This document shows positions 36,443 through 49,128 of a stretch of 50,013 nucleotides of DNA, piece by piece. A program made the translations under genes and the position numbers. Positions within the stretch are counted from its first letter, which is position 1. Each line of letters starts with the position of its first letter. The stretch comes from Octopus sinensis (taxonomy: Eukaryota). A model generated the notes under the pieces. That model saw only the letters and a list, made by a program, of their open reading frames with translations, did not search any database and was not told the origin of the DNA. Location of the stretch: the NCBI RefSeq assembly GCF_006345805.1, contig NW_021835120.1, positions 1-50,013 of the forward strand, written 5' to 3'.

Positions 36443-37486
36443 AACGGAAATGACTGAAATATATCACCATAAAACCTTACCAGAACTGAGGAAATCACTA
36501 AACTTACATTAACAATATAATTGAAAATTAATTTGCCGAAATGTATTGTAATTATTATATCAATAATTGTTTCAAAGTTTAAATGAAAATACATCTCCAT
36601 TCCCATTTTCTGCAAATTGAATACCAATACGTCTTAATAAATATGAAAAGAATCAAAGCTAATACGGTGCAACATTTGAAAACAAAATCAAGTCGCACTT
36701 TCATATATGATATGTGATATACAACTTATAGACGGGTAGTTATTGTGCTGATGACGTTTATTGAGTCAGAAACTAGTACAAACGACTTCCCTAGCATTTC
36801 CAAATTATAAGCCTGTCTCTTTCATTAGTGCCATGTCAGTTTTAGAAAATACTTTATTCATGGCATTTTCTCCCCTTCACACTGGGGGAGCAGCTCTTAA
36901 TTAATTAGATTTGTTGAAATACATTGTTTAGAGGTGGTGATGAGTTTAATAAATCAAGAAATTGTTTTATACACACACACACACACACACACTACACACA
37001 CCCACCACACACACCATACACACACACACCACACACACCACACACACACGCACCACACACACATACACATATATATTTATATATATATTTATATAAACAT
37101 ATATATGCAATCATATATATGTATATATATATATATGTATGTATATATGTATGTATGTATGTATGTATTTATGTATGTATGTCTGTATGTATGTATTTAT
37201 GTATGTATGTATGTATGTATGTATGTATGTAGTATGTATGTATGTATGTATGTTTGTATGTCTCCGTAACTTAGCAGTTCGGCAAAAGCAAAAGAGACCG
37301 GTGGAATAGGTATCAGGCTTAAAAAGAATAAGTCTCGGGGTCACTTTGTTCGACTGATAAAACTCTTCAAGGCGGTGCCTTGAACGCATGTCCATATAGG
37401 GATACACTTTACAGAGAGACATGATGGAATAATTAGGACATGTCCAGAGAAAAGGGACATGGAAAGAGACACCAAAATTTGAAACG

Positions 37487-37552
<66 letters not shown>

Positions 37553-37554
<2 letters not shown>

Positions 37555-37854
37555 CACCTTGATCACGTTGACCGACCAGTCCGTCAGGCGTCCATTTGAC
37601 ACCGCTGGTCACAGCACGCTGTCCACTCCTCTCTGGATCGCGCCTTTCTCATCCACGTGGTCCGAATCGTCCTCCTGAAATCGTAACTCAACTGTCGTGG
37701 AGGCCTTCCGGGATGTCGTTTCCGCTCGCGTGAGTACCACTCGACAACTGCGTGGGTTCACCGATTATCGGTGAGCCGGGCGACGTGTCCAGCCCATCTA
37801 AACTTGCTGCGTGTATACTCTGCGATGACATCCCTCACGCCGGACTTCTTTCTG
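37553..37854 (-). mobile_element. RTE-clade LINE, 3' end of ORF
   Basis: Minus translation RKKSGVRDVIAEYTRSKFRWAGHVARLTDNR*THAVVEWYSRERKRHPGRPPRQ...WMRKARSREEW matches the RTE C-terminal WAGHVAR..D.RW...W.P...KR..GRP motif; one internal stop. Confidence 0.92.
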
Positions 37855-38116
37855 ATATATATATATATAACTTTACATTATTGGAAAACCTATATGAAAT
37901 TAGCTGAAGATAACTTGACATATTATATTTGCTGTAATATTTGCAGCTTTAATAAATTGTTATAGTATGAAACAATTGTACTAAATTACCGGATCCATTC
38001 TTGTTGCTTATTTTTTGGTTATAATCGCCCCACATAATTTTATGGGTAATACCATAAAAAATTCTGGTGCATCTAAGTTAAGTACCATATTCATTTGAAT
38101 CTAAATTGTTTTGCTG

Positions 38117-38199
<83 letters not shown>

Positions 38200-38247
38200 T
38201 ATATATATATATATATACACACATATATATTATATAATATATATATT

Positions 38248-38447
38248 GGAATTTACAAAAACAAACAAAGCAAAAGACGAAGACAGGTGTGTAAACAACA
38301 AACAGATGTATTAGTTTAACGTTAACGCACGGGAAGTGAGAAAGAACTTTACGTTTCGAGGCTACGCTCTTCAGCAGAAAGAAACCCAGAAATAAACAGA
38401 GAGGGAAAATAAAAAAGTTTTAGTGGCTAGCGATCAATCACGGCGAA
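38248..38447 (-). mobile_element. Penelope-like terminal-repeat fragment
   Basis: Reverse complement is homologous to 23903-24105. Confidence 0.7.
38347..38381 (-). ncRNA. Minimal type I hammerhead motif, A6 replaced by C
   Basis: Minus strand cttt-CTGCTGA-A-GAG-cgtagc-CTC-GAA-ACGT-A-aag. Confidence 0.6.
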
Positions 38448-38734
38448 TGAACCCGGAACCCGGAACCATGTGGTTGGGAAGCAAGTTGCTTACCACACAG
38501 CCACTCATATATATATTAAGTAACGCTTGTTGCCACTTTATGTAACGAGTCTGTACTTTATCTTCCTAAATCTGGAATATTTTTCATTTTTATCGAGGAT
38601 TCTTCTTACGCTTTGCACAAAGATGTACGTTGCGCGTAACAAAACAAAATATTCATCTACATAATTACTGCATCTATCTACCTCACTTTCGGTCTCTCTT
38701 TCTCTTTATCACTCTCTCTCTCTCTCTCTTTCTT

Positions 38735-38776
<42 letters not shown>

Positions 38777-39530
38777 CTCTCTATTCTTCTATGTATCTAT
38801 TTATGTTGTTACCTATCTAGTTTCGTAGCTATTCTTCCATTCATCGCTATAAGTGTGTATCTACGCATGTTTGTATGTATGTGAGTGTCTGTGCGTGTAT
38901 GCGTGAGTGTGTGTGTGCTCTTGCATGTTAATATGTATGGTGTGTCTACAACCATATTGCTATATGTGTATAAGCGTTTGTAACAGTGTGTGTGTGTGTG
39001 TGTGTTGGTATATGTGTGTGTATGTATCCGAAATCACTTTTTCTTTTTGCAATATATCTGAGAAAATCATATTATTCTTTTTAGTCTTGTAATGAATGCA
39101 ATTTTTATAGAAATTATCAACAAGAAGAAGAAGAAGAACAACAACAACAACAGCACCAACAACAACTACTACTACTACTGCTGCTACTACAATATCCAAC
39201 TAAGCTACCAATTATAAGTCTAATACAGTCACATACCGCAACACATTAAAACAAAGACTACACATATCGTTTACATACAGAAATACATACGTATACTGAG
39301 GGAAAAAGAGAGAGGGAGATATAAAGCAGGATAGAGAGAGAGAGAGAGAGGCAGAGAGACAATGCGTGGAAGTGAGTGATGGACAGAAGAAGAGAGTGCT
39401 GGCGTGTGTGTGTGTGTGTGTGTGCTAGTAATGCAGAAAATATTATAATGCAATAACGTTCATTCTGCAAGAATTGTTTCAAATCCAGTTTCCTCTTCTG
39501 TAATGTAATTATGAGATCTGGTCTCAGATG

Positions 39531-39582
<52 letters not shown>

Positions 39583-39588
39583 TATATA

Positions 39589-39659
<71 letters not shown>

Positions 39660-39668
39660 CATGTTATA

Positions 39669-39722
<54 letters not shown>

Positions 39723-39926
39723 TATATTATATGCATGTATGTATATATCTATATATTATATATATATGTATATATATATATACATACATGCATATATATA
39801 CATATATATATGTATATATATATAATATATATATATAATATATATAATATATATATATATTATGCATATGTGTGTGTATAATATATATAGATATATATAG
39901 ATATAGATATACGTACATGGATTATA

Positions 39927-39964
<38 letters not shown>

Positions 39965-40199
39965 TATGCTATGTAATAATTATATATTTATTTATATATA
40001 TTATATTATCTATATATATATATAATATAATATATATAATTATATATATATATATATACGTGTATGTACGTATGTATGTGTGTGTATGTATATCAACATA
40101 TTTGATTACTTTGAAAGATTACCCGAATATATTTGGTTGTTTTTAATTAGATGGAAGTTTTAAACTGTAGAGAAAGATATATAGATAGGATGACTAAAG

Positions 40200-40700
40200 T
40201 GGGAAAAGAACGGAGAAGAAGGAAGAAGAAGAAGAGAAGAAGAAGAAGAAGTAGAAGAAGAAGAAGAAGAAGAAGAAGAAGAAGAAGAAGAAGAAGAATG
40301 AAGAAAAGGAAAAGAAGAGAATAAGTAGAAAAGGAAAAGAAGAGAAGTAGGAGGATCGCAGGAAGAAAAAGAAGGAAAAGGAGAAGAGGACATGGGAAAA
40401 GAAGAACATAAAGAAGAAACGAAAAAGATGAAGAGGAAGGAGAGGAAAAAAGATAAAGGAGGAAAGGAAGGAGGTGGAGAAATGTAAGGAGGAGAGATGG
40501 AGGAAAATGTGTAAGAATATGCAGAAAGCAAATAATAAAAATAATAATAATAATAATAATAATAATAAGAAGAAGAAGAAGAAGAAAAAAAAGAAGAAGA
40601 AGAAGAAGAAGAAAGAAGAGGAGAAGAAGAAGAAGAAGAAGAAGAAGAAGAGATGAAGAAGAAGAAGAAGAGCGAGAAAGAGGAGGATGGGGAGGGGGCG
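40200..40700. repeat. (GAA)n/(AAT)n purine-rich low-complexity tract
   Basis: Trinucleotide runs; source of the 272-aa poly-L/S ORF. Confidence 0.9.
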
Positions 40701-41060
40701 GAAAAGTATTTGAAGTGGAAGATAAATATAAGAATAATAATATCGTTGATGAAGGCGATGGTGCTGGTGAGGATGTTGATAGTCGTAGTAGACTATGGTT
40801 GTGTATGTTTACTTCGTTATGGTGATGGTGATGATAATCATCATTGCTACCATCATCATCGTCAGCATCATTATATTCCTCAGCATCATCATTATCATCA
40901 TCATCATCAACATCAGCAGCAGCAGCAATCGCAGATGCTGGCAGAACTGTTAGCATGCGAAACAAGACTTTGCCTTACGTCCTTTCAGGGTCGATAGAAT
41001 AACTACCAGTTGAGTACTGGGGTCGATGTAATCGATTTAACACCGCCACCCCACAAAAAA

Positions 41061-41114
<54 letters not shown>

Positions 41115-41120
41115 CATTAC

Positions 41121-41417
41121 GGTGGCGAGCTGGCAGAAACGTTAGCACGCCGGGCGAAATGCTTAGCAGTATTTCGTCTGCCGCTACGTTTTGAGTTCAA
41201 ATTCCGGCGAGGTCGACTTTGCCTTTCATCCTTTCGGGGTCGATTAAATAAGTACCAGTTACGCACTGTGATCGATATAATCGACTTAATCCGTTTGTCT
41301 GTCCTTGTTTGTCCCCTCTGTGTTTAGCCCCTTGTGGGTAATAAAGAAATAGGTATTTCGCCCGTTGCTATGTTCTGAGTTCAATTTCCGCCGAGGTCGA
41401 CTCTATCTCTCATCCTT
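41121..41417 (+). mobile_element. SINE family A dimer, second unit 3'-truncated
   Basis: Full unit, GGTATTT junction at 41352-41358, then partial unit ending ctcatcctt. Confidence 0.9.
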
Positions 41418-42153
41418 AAAGTTACGGATGTGCTGTCAGACGGGCTTGTCCGAGGTGCGCACAGAGTGACGAAACCGTACTGAATACCACCGTTAAGTGT
41501 CCGGGCATTGCTGATTTGCAAGGTTATGTCGAACAGCGGCTGTCACGTGTGGGACGAAACTGTCTGTCGGCCGAGTCTGTAGTGATGATCACACCGCCTC
41601 TCTTCTTCAGTCGGGCAGGTAAGGCAGCTTTCTTTTGCCTGGTGGCTGTGATGGACTAGGTGGACAAGACTGAAAGGTGTGAAGACAGATAGATTCCACT
41701 TTGGTTCAGCTCTCATTGACTTGAAAAGGAAATTGAGAGTGGAGAGGGAAGTGCTGTCTTCGAGAGAGTTTACTGAAAGGTGGGTTAAAGTTGCGAAAAT
41801 GGCAAGAGTGGATGGCACCTCTCTAAGAGTAGACCTGTGAGTCGGAGAGAAGGAATAGGAGAGGGCAATTGCTCATGAGGTTTCAGGGAAATCTCGGACA
41901 GTGGAGTTCCTCGATTATCCGTAGAGGCCTTCTTGTATAAGAAGGGCCACATCTCTATCCTCCCCGCCACTTTCATTGAAAACCTTTATATGCTAATGCA
42001 TATGTGCCTTCTTCTTCAGTGTATACCCTGTACACTTACTATCTTTCTTTCTTTTTTATCTCTTCATTATATCTACCCCCCCCCCAATTTATGTCTGTCT
42101 TTGTATTGTTTCCCTCATCCTTCGCCGTTGTGCCAAATAAATGAAATCATCAT
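41418..42153 (+). mobile_element. Tx1/L1-clade non-LTR retrotransposon, 3' end (copy 1)
   Basis: Plus translation RACPRCAQSDETVLNTTVKCPGIADLQGYVEQRL...ERWVKVAKMARVDGTSLRVDL* (zinc-knuckle-like CPRC at 41447, stop 41838-41840), about 300-bp 3' UTR ending AATAAATGAAATCAT then (ATT)n. Confidence 0.85.
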
Positions 42154-42195
42154 AATAATAATTATTATTATTATTGTTCTTGTTGTTGTTGTTGC

Positions 42196-42265
<70 letters not shown>

Positions 42266-43200
42266 TTATTATTATTATTCACTGCGATATAGGTAAACCT
42301 ATACTCACAAAACACCGAAAATATGTATTTATTTTTGGATATATTTTTTATTAAACGTACTCATATGGAGATAAGTTCCTAAAGTTTGCAGTATCTTCTA
42401 TAGAGATTGGCAAAAATAAAAAGAAAATGTTTCATATTTGGATAAAGATTATTCATTTTATCAAGTCACCGCAAATATTTCTATGAATATTTCCTGTCAC
42501 AACTACAGTAAGGGAGTAGAGTGTTAGAAAATCTACAAGTCAATACCTTTTACACATGGGAAATAAACAAAAGCGTAATACTCTTTCAATTGTAGCTCAA
42601 CCTAAAGGGAGAAGCGTGGAGATTAATATCGTCACCACCATCACCACCATCATCATCATCAGTATCAGCAGCAGTTGGCAGAATGGTTAGAACGCCGAAC
42701 AAAGTGCCTGGCGGCATTTTTTCCGTCTCTACGTTGTTAGTTCTCGATATGGAACGTTTTCCTGGAAGATGTCTTGCAAACAACTTGCACATGTAAGTGC
42801 TACCAGTCAAAAGCTCCGTATACCGGAAGCCAGCAAGTGTATGGGGTCATCAGGAGAGAATGCGCGCCGTTTCGGGGCCTACCTCTCGACGGCATCAATG
42901 CGCACCGGCCCCCCTCACTGATATGAGGCCCCGCTTGCTAGATCAGCTGGTTATGAAGTTAAACTCAATATCCTTCTAGCCATCGCTCATCGTCTCTTTT
43001 TAACCAAATCCAGTTTCGTGCATCGAACTGCGGCTAGAAATGAATGACAGAGGTCCCTGAAAAAGGAAGACCTAGCTTTTCTGTCTTCCATATAATTCAG
43101 TAGCCAAAGATGGACGTGGTGGTGGTAATGGTGGTGGTGGTTGTGGTTCTGGTGGTGGTGGTGTCGGTGGGGGAAAGTGCTGCTGCTGCTGTTGTTGTTG

Positions 43201-43422
43201 TTAAGCAACAAGACGGGTAAGGGTGATTAGGTGACGGACTAGGGCTTAGGGGGCGGGAGACCCCAGACCTTTGGAAAAAAGAAACTTTGGTCGTCTTGAT
43301 GTAGTCGAGGGCTCTTCGTTGACGCCCGACATCACTGGGAGGTGACCCTCGAAGTCGCTGGAAATGGAGATCTCCAGGTCCAAATTCTTGAACGGCTGCT
43401 GCCGCTGCTACTACTACTACTG

Positions 43423-43481
<59 letters not shown>

Positions 43482-43698
43482 GCTGCTGCTGCTGTTGTTG
43501 TTAAGCAACAAGACGGGTAAGGGTGATTAGGTGATGGTCTGGGGCTTAGGGGGCGGGAGACCCCAGACCTTGGGAAAAAAAAAACTTTGGTCGTCTTGTA
43601 GTCGAGGGCTCTTCGTTGATGCCCGACATCACTGGGAGGTGGCCCTCGAAGTCGCTGGAAATGGAGATCTCCAGGTTCAAATTCTTGGACGGCTGCTG
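43201..43698. repeat. Tandem duplication of an about 200-bp GC-rich block, 300-bp period
   Basis: 43201-43400 vs 43501-43698: about 9 substitutions plus small indels, separated by (CTA)n(CTG)n(TTG)n. Confidence 0.92.
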
Positions 43699-43949
43699 CT
43701 GGTGGCGGTGACGGGAAGGATTACGATAATGGTGACAACGAAGGGGGTGACGATGGCGATGAAGATGATAATGACGGGGATAACGAGATGACGATGGGGA
43801 TGGTGATGATGATGATGGTGATGAGATAGAGGAGAAGGAAAAAGAGATGATGGAGTAGGAGGAAGATAATGCCGGTTATGGCAATGATGACAACAATAGT
43901 GATTTGACGATGGTGTCTATAGTGCTGATGCTGCGCAATTGCTAGTAAT

Positions 43950-44131
43950 GAAGATGATGGTGATGAGGATAGGGATGAGGAGGAGGTGGATAATAATGGC
44001 GATGATGATGATGATGGTGGTGGTGATGATGATGATTATTATTGATGATGAGGATGATGATGATGATGATTATTATTGATGATGATGATGATTGATGATG
44101 ATGATGATGACGACGATGGTGATGGTGATGG

Positions 44132-44166
<35 letters not shown>

Positions 44167-44173
44167 GTGATGG

Positions 44174-44208
<35 letters not shown>

Positions 44209-44273
44209 GATGATGATGTTGATGATAATGATGGTGATGATGATGATGATGATGATGATGATTATGATGATGT

Positions 44274-44328
<55 letters not shown>

Positions 44329-44525
44329 GATGATGGTAATGATGATGATGGTGGTGATGATGATTATGATGAATGATGATGATGATGATTATGATGATGA
44401 CGATGATTATGATGATGATGATGATGATGAATGATGATGATGATGATGATGATTATGATAATGATGATGATTATGATGAATGATAATGATGATGATTATG
44501 ATGATGATGATGATGATGGTGATGG

Positions 44526-44562
<37 letters not shown>

Positions 44563-44570
44563 AATAATGA

Positions 44571-44602
<32 letters not shown>

Positions 44603-44650
44603 ATGATGGTAATGATGATGATGAGGAAGTGGAGGATGGCGACGACGACG
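43950..44650. repeat. (GAT)n/(GGT)n trinucleotide tract, about 700 bp
   Basis: Degenerate GAT array; source of poly-M/poly-D ORFs. Confidence 0.95.
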
Positions 44651-44984
44651 AAGAGGAGGAGGGAAACTGGCTTGATGTTCCTTCTGAGATATTGGTGATA
44701 TTTCCTCCTCCTTAATTTCGCTGTTGTTGTTGTTGTTCGTGGTGGTGGTGGTGGTGGTGGTGGTGGTGGTGGTGGTGGTGCAAACGTTATAATGTTGATG
44801 AATATCTCAGCTATTGTTGTTGCTATTGTTGTTCTTGTTTTTAGGATTTTTGTTGTTGTTGTTAAGGATATTCTTTAGAATAGGATAATGTCTGTGTGGT
44901 TAAATGCCGTTAGTAAAAAGAGGCTTTGAAAATCAATGAAGGACAATGGTGATGCAGAATAGGCGATAAAGTGTAAGACAGTTT

Positions 44985-44985
44985 A

Positions 44986-45024
<39 letters not shown>

Positions 45025-45394
45025 GTTTTGTTTTGTCTTAATTACAAAATTTATAGTGATTTTATTAGAACATTTTATTTAAATACAAAGAAACAGGAAG
45101 AAAGAGGGAGAGAGATAAGAAAAGAAAGAAAAGGAAAGTGGGGGTTGGGGGTTAAAGGAGGGCCGATAAACCACATTCCCAGGGAAAATGGTGTGCTCAG
45201 CCTCGCCCTGTGGTAATCACCACGATGGTGTTGCCGCAGAGAATGGCCAGTGGCACTCGCTGCAGCAACCAATCCACCTCGCGGGGCTCATTTCTCCAAC
45301 CGGCCACCGTTAACCCTATTTTGCGGAGGTATGCGATAATGCGGGGTCCTAGAACACCGGACGTCTCGACAGCGACCCGAACAAACTGATAACC
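44985..45394 (-). mobile_element. CRE-type (restriction-like endonuclease) non-LTR retrotransposon, 3' end
   Basis: GYQFVRVAVETSGVLGPRIIAYLRKIGLTVAGWRNEPREVDWLLQRVPLAILCGNTIVV fits the CRE C-terminal F.P.AVET.G..G....FL..IG......L.QR.S.AI.RGNA pattern; stop 45199-45197, about 170-nt 3' UTR with two AATAAA, (AAT)n tail. Confidence 0.8.
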
Positions 45395-45511
45395 TTGCCT
45401 TTCATCCTTTCGAGGCTGATAAATTAAGTACCAATGAAACTTTGGGGGTCGATGTAACTGATTGGTCCCCTCCCCCAAGTTTCAGGCCTTCTGCCTTAAG
45501 TAGAAAGGATT
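45395..45511 (+). mobile_element. SINE family A, 3' half
   Basis: ttgcctttcatcctttcg...aaattaagtacc...ggggtcgatgtaa...agtagaaaggat. Confidence 0.85.
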
Positions 45512-46768
45512 CAGACGCTCACAGCCCTCTATAAGTTGGGCAATGGGTTCGGTAGATGTTTCGCTTTAGAAATTTATAGAGGATTAGTGGCAGGGAAGTG
45601 CGACGATGTTTTCGAGGAGTCTCTGGGCGCCGATGAGAAGGAACTGGATAGTCTGTTCCAGATGACTTTCCAGTCGGGAAATATCATGGATAATTTCCAG
45701 GATGTCCTCGGCCTGGCAGTGCTACCGGGGCGGGGAGGCTAAAGGTTCGAGATAAACTCTACAGACGCAGATTTGATCTGTGACGGGACGGGCTTGTCCG
45801 AGGTGTGCTCAGGGTAAGGAAACCGTTCTGCACGCCCTCGATCAGTGTCCGGGCATTGCTGACTTGTGGGGTTATGTCGAACAGCGGCTGTCACGTGTGG
45901 GATGAATCAGTTTGTCGGCCGAGTCTGTAGTGATGATCACACCGCCTCCCTTCTTCAATCGGAAAGGCAAAGCAGCTTTCCTTTGCTTGGTGGCGGTTGC
46001 GAAAGAGGTTATTTGATGGACAAGGCTGAAAGGCAGGAGGACAGATACTTTCGTCTTTTGTAGCTCTCTCATTGACTTCTTCAAGTTTCACTTGAAAAAC
46101 AAATTGTGAGTAGAGAGAGAAGTGCAGTCCTCGAGTGAGTTTATTGAAAGATAGGTGAAAGTTGCGAAAATGGCAAGAATGGAAGGTACCTCTCTATATG
46201 TAGTCAGAGAGAAGGAATTGGAGAGGGCACTTGCTCTTGTTCAGTGTCCGAGAAATCTCGGACAGTGGGATTCCTCGATTATCCCTAGAAGCCTTCCTGT
46301 ATCAGGAGGGCCACATCTCTATCATCCTCCTCGCCACTTTTAAACCTTTGTATGCTATGCATAGGCGCCTTCTTTTTCAGTGTATACCGTGTATACGTTC
46401 TTTTATTCTTGCGTTTTTTCTTAAAAATATATTTTATCTTTTTGAGGAGGCGGGCTGGCAGAAACGTTAGCGCACCGGGCGAAATGCTTAGCGGTATTTC
46501 GTCTGTCGTTACCTTCTGAGTTCAAATTCCGCCGAGGTCGACTTTGCCGTTCATCCTCTTGGGGTCGATAAATAAAGTACCAGTTTTGCACTCGGGTCGA
46601 TGTAATCGACTTAATCCCTTTGTCTGTTCTTGTTTGTCCCCTCTACCCTTGTGGGTAGTAAAGAAATATATATTTTATCTTTTCATTCTATGTAAACACC
46701 CACACATCATGTCTGTCTTTGTATTGTCCTCCTTGTCGTTCGCCCTTGTGGCAAATAAATGAAATCAT
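45512..46768 (+). mobile_element. Tx1/L1-clade non-LTR retrotransposon, 3' end (copy 2)
   Basis: Frameshifted ORF2: ...SAWQCYRG...KVRDKLYR...RACPRCAQGKETVLHALDQCPGIADLWGYVEQRL...AKEVI*WTRLKG; homologous to copy 1 through the same AATAAATGAAATCAT end. Confidence 0.88.
46443..46667 (+). mobile_element. Full-length SINE family A nested in the Tx1 3' UTR
   Basis: 16-bp duplication ATATATTTTATCTTTT at 46427-46442 and 46668-46683; copy 1 has the empty site. Confidence 0.92.
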
Positions 46769-46776
46769 TATTATCA

Positions 46777-46843
<67 letters not shown>

Positions 46844-47553
46844 CATTATTGATCTTTACAGGATCTATTTTGTTCTTCGTTTTATTGCTTCGTGGGTGTG
46901 AAACTCATTCCGATTATTTTGGCTTAACATTTATTTTCTTCTTCAAGAACCCAGTCCTCGATGTCGTTGTAGTTGTTAGTGTTACTGTTGTTGTTTTTGT
47001 TGTTATATTCCTTCGTCTTCGAAAAGTTTTCCATTTTCCAAGTTTATATACGTTTTAGTATCGTTTTGTTTATTTTGTGTTTCTTCGTCATTTTTTCCCT
47101 CTTGTTATTCTCACTACTTCTGCTGCTGCTGCTACTGCTGCTATTGTTGTTGTTGCAGTTGTTGTTGTGTTTGTGGTGGTTGTAATGGTGGAGGAGGCGG
47201 CGACGGCAGAAGAGGAAGTTTTCTTGATTTTTTGTACCTTTTTTCCTATTTTTATGTTTTCTTTTACATTTCCTATTTTCGACCTTCCTTTTCTTGTTAC
47301 ATTTTCTAATCTCTATTAGGGTTTTTTTTCCTTCATCCACGTGTCTTTTTCCTTGCCGTAAAACTTACTAAATCGCTTATTCCAATTGCCAACCTCTTTT
47401 CTTTCTCTGCCTTTTGTTATTATTCCAAGAAGCACCGTAATCCTATCAACAGCACATACACTTCCCACAACACACAAGCACACACATACACACACACACA
47501 TACACACACACGTACACACCATACCACACCACACCCATCATTCGATAACACTT

Positions 47554-47617
47554 CATCGATAGCCCACATCGATAATTCTCTAATCGGTAATTTTCATCGA
47601 TACGTCCCTCATCGATA
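47554..47617. promoter_or_regulatory. Cluster of four CATCGATA motifs
   Basis: CATCGATA at 47554, 47567, 47595 and 47610; related CGATAA sites nearby. Confidence 0.35.
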
Positions 47618-48052
47618 ATTCCACATTGCAATCTATCGTTCGCCTGTTCAGCTCAACAGCTATCCAACGATAATTGAATCAACGGCCATTTTTCTTTATT
47701 CTTCGCCAACTTATCCTATCTTTCTTCGGAGACGTAATTGAATGAAAATAAAATCCTGTTTCGTAACATTAGATTATAAACACAGTCCATAGCCTACAAC
47801 TACATTTACCAGCGCCGCTACCGCCCTCAATCGCACAACCGGCGTCATCAGAAGCACAGCTCCTTCTGTGTTTGTATACGCATTATACATACCCCACAAA
47901 TATACACACTAACACATACACACACACTCGTGTGTGTATGACTAAGGTGCTTGTATATAAGTATGTGTATGTGTAGGTATGTAGATACAATACATATACA
48001 TACATATATATAGATATATATATATACATGTCTATATATATATATACACATG

Positions 48053-48090
<38 letters not shown>

Positions 48091-48683
48091 TATATATATA
48101 TTATATATATTATATATATATATATATATACATATATATATAAGCATATATACATACATATATATATATATATATAAATACAAAATGGGACAAGAACGCA
48201 AAACATCCAGATAGACGATACATGTATATATAAGCATATATATGTATATATATAACATGTATCGTCTATATATGCATATGTATATGCATATGTACGTATA
48301 CATATATTAGATATATATCATAAGAAATGTTGATATACACATGTAAATTTACACATATATATATTGTAAGGAACACACACGTCTATATATATATATATAT
48401 ATATTACATCAATCATCCATCCATACATCCATACATACATATATATACATACACATGCAGACATACACATATATGCATATACATAAGTATACGATATATA
48501 TAGTACACATACAAATGCACACACAAAGATACAAACACAAACACCCCACAAACGCATATATCATATAATCTACTTATACATGTGCTTTTTCAATATACAC
48601 ATACCATCTCAGACACCGCACACTGTATATACATATAGTCTATATTTGCATGCAGATATACATATATATATACTACATATATA

Positions 48684-48794
<111 letters not shown>

Positions 48795-48983
48795 GTATAT
48801 ATACATGTATAGTTTTTCAAAGGTACTTTGGCTGCATAACGAAAACTGGATTAGGTCACATAAAGTTATAAAGTAATTTCAAACGTACAAAGAGAAAACG
48901 GGCAAAAGAAACATGAACACAACACACACATACACATTCCCCTACATACGAAGACACACACAGAAACATAAACACATTCATAC

Positions 48984-49049
<66 letters not shown>

Positions 49050-49075
49050 GGGGAGATATAGAGATATATATATAT

Positions 49076-49128
<53 letters not shown>

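Noticed and set aside
40147-40965. Longest ORF (272 aa)
   Set aside because: Antisense of GAA/CAT trinucleotide tracts; low complexity throughout.
44092-44715. Poly-Met/poly-Asp ORFs resembling acidic biomineral proteins
   Set aside because: They come from a (GAT)n tract with frame switches and no signal peptide or unique domain.
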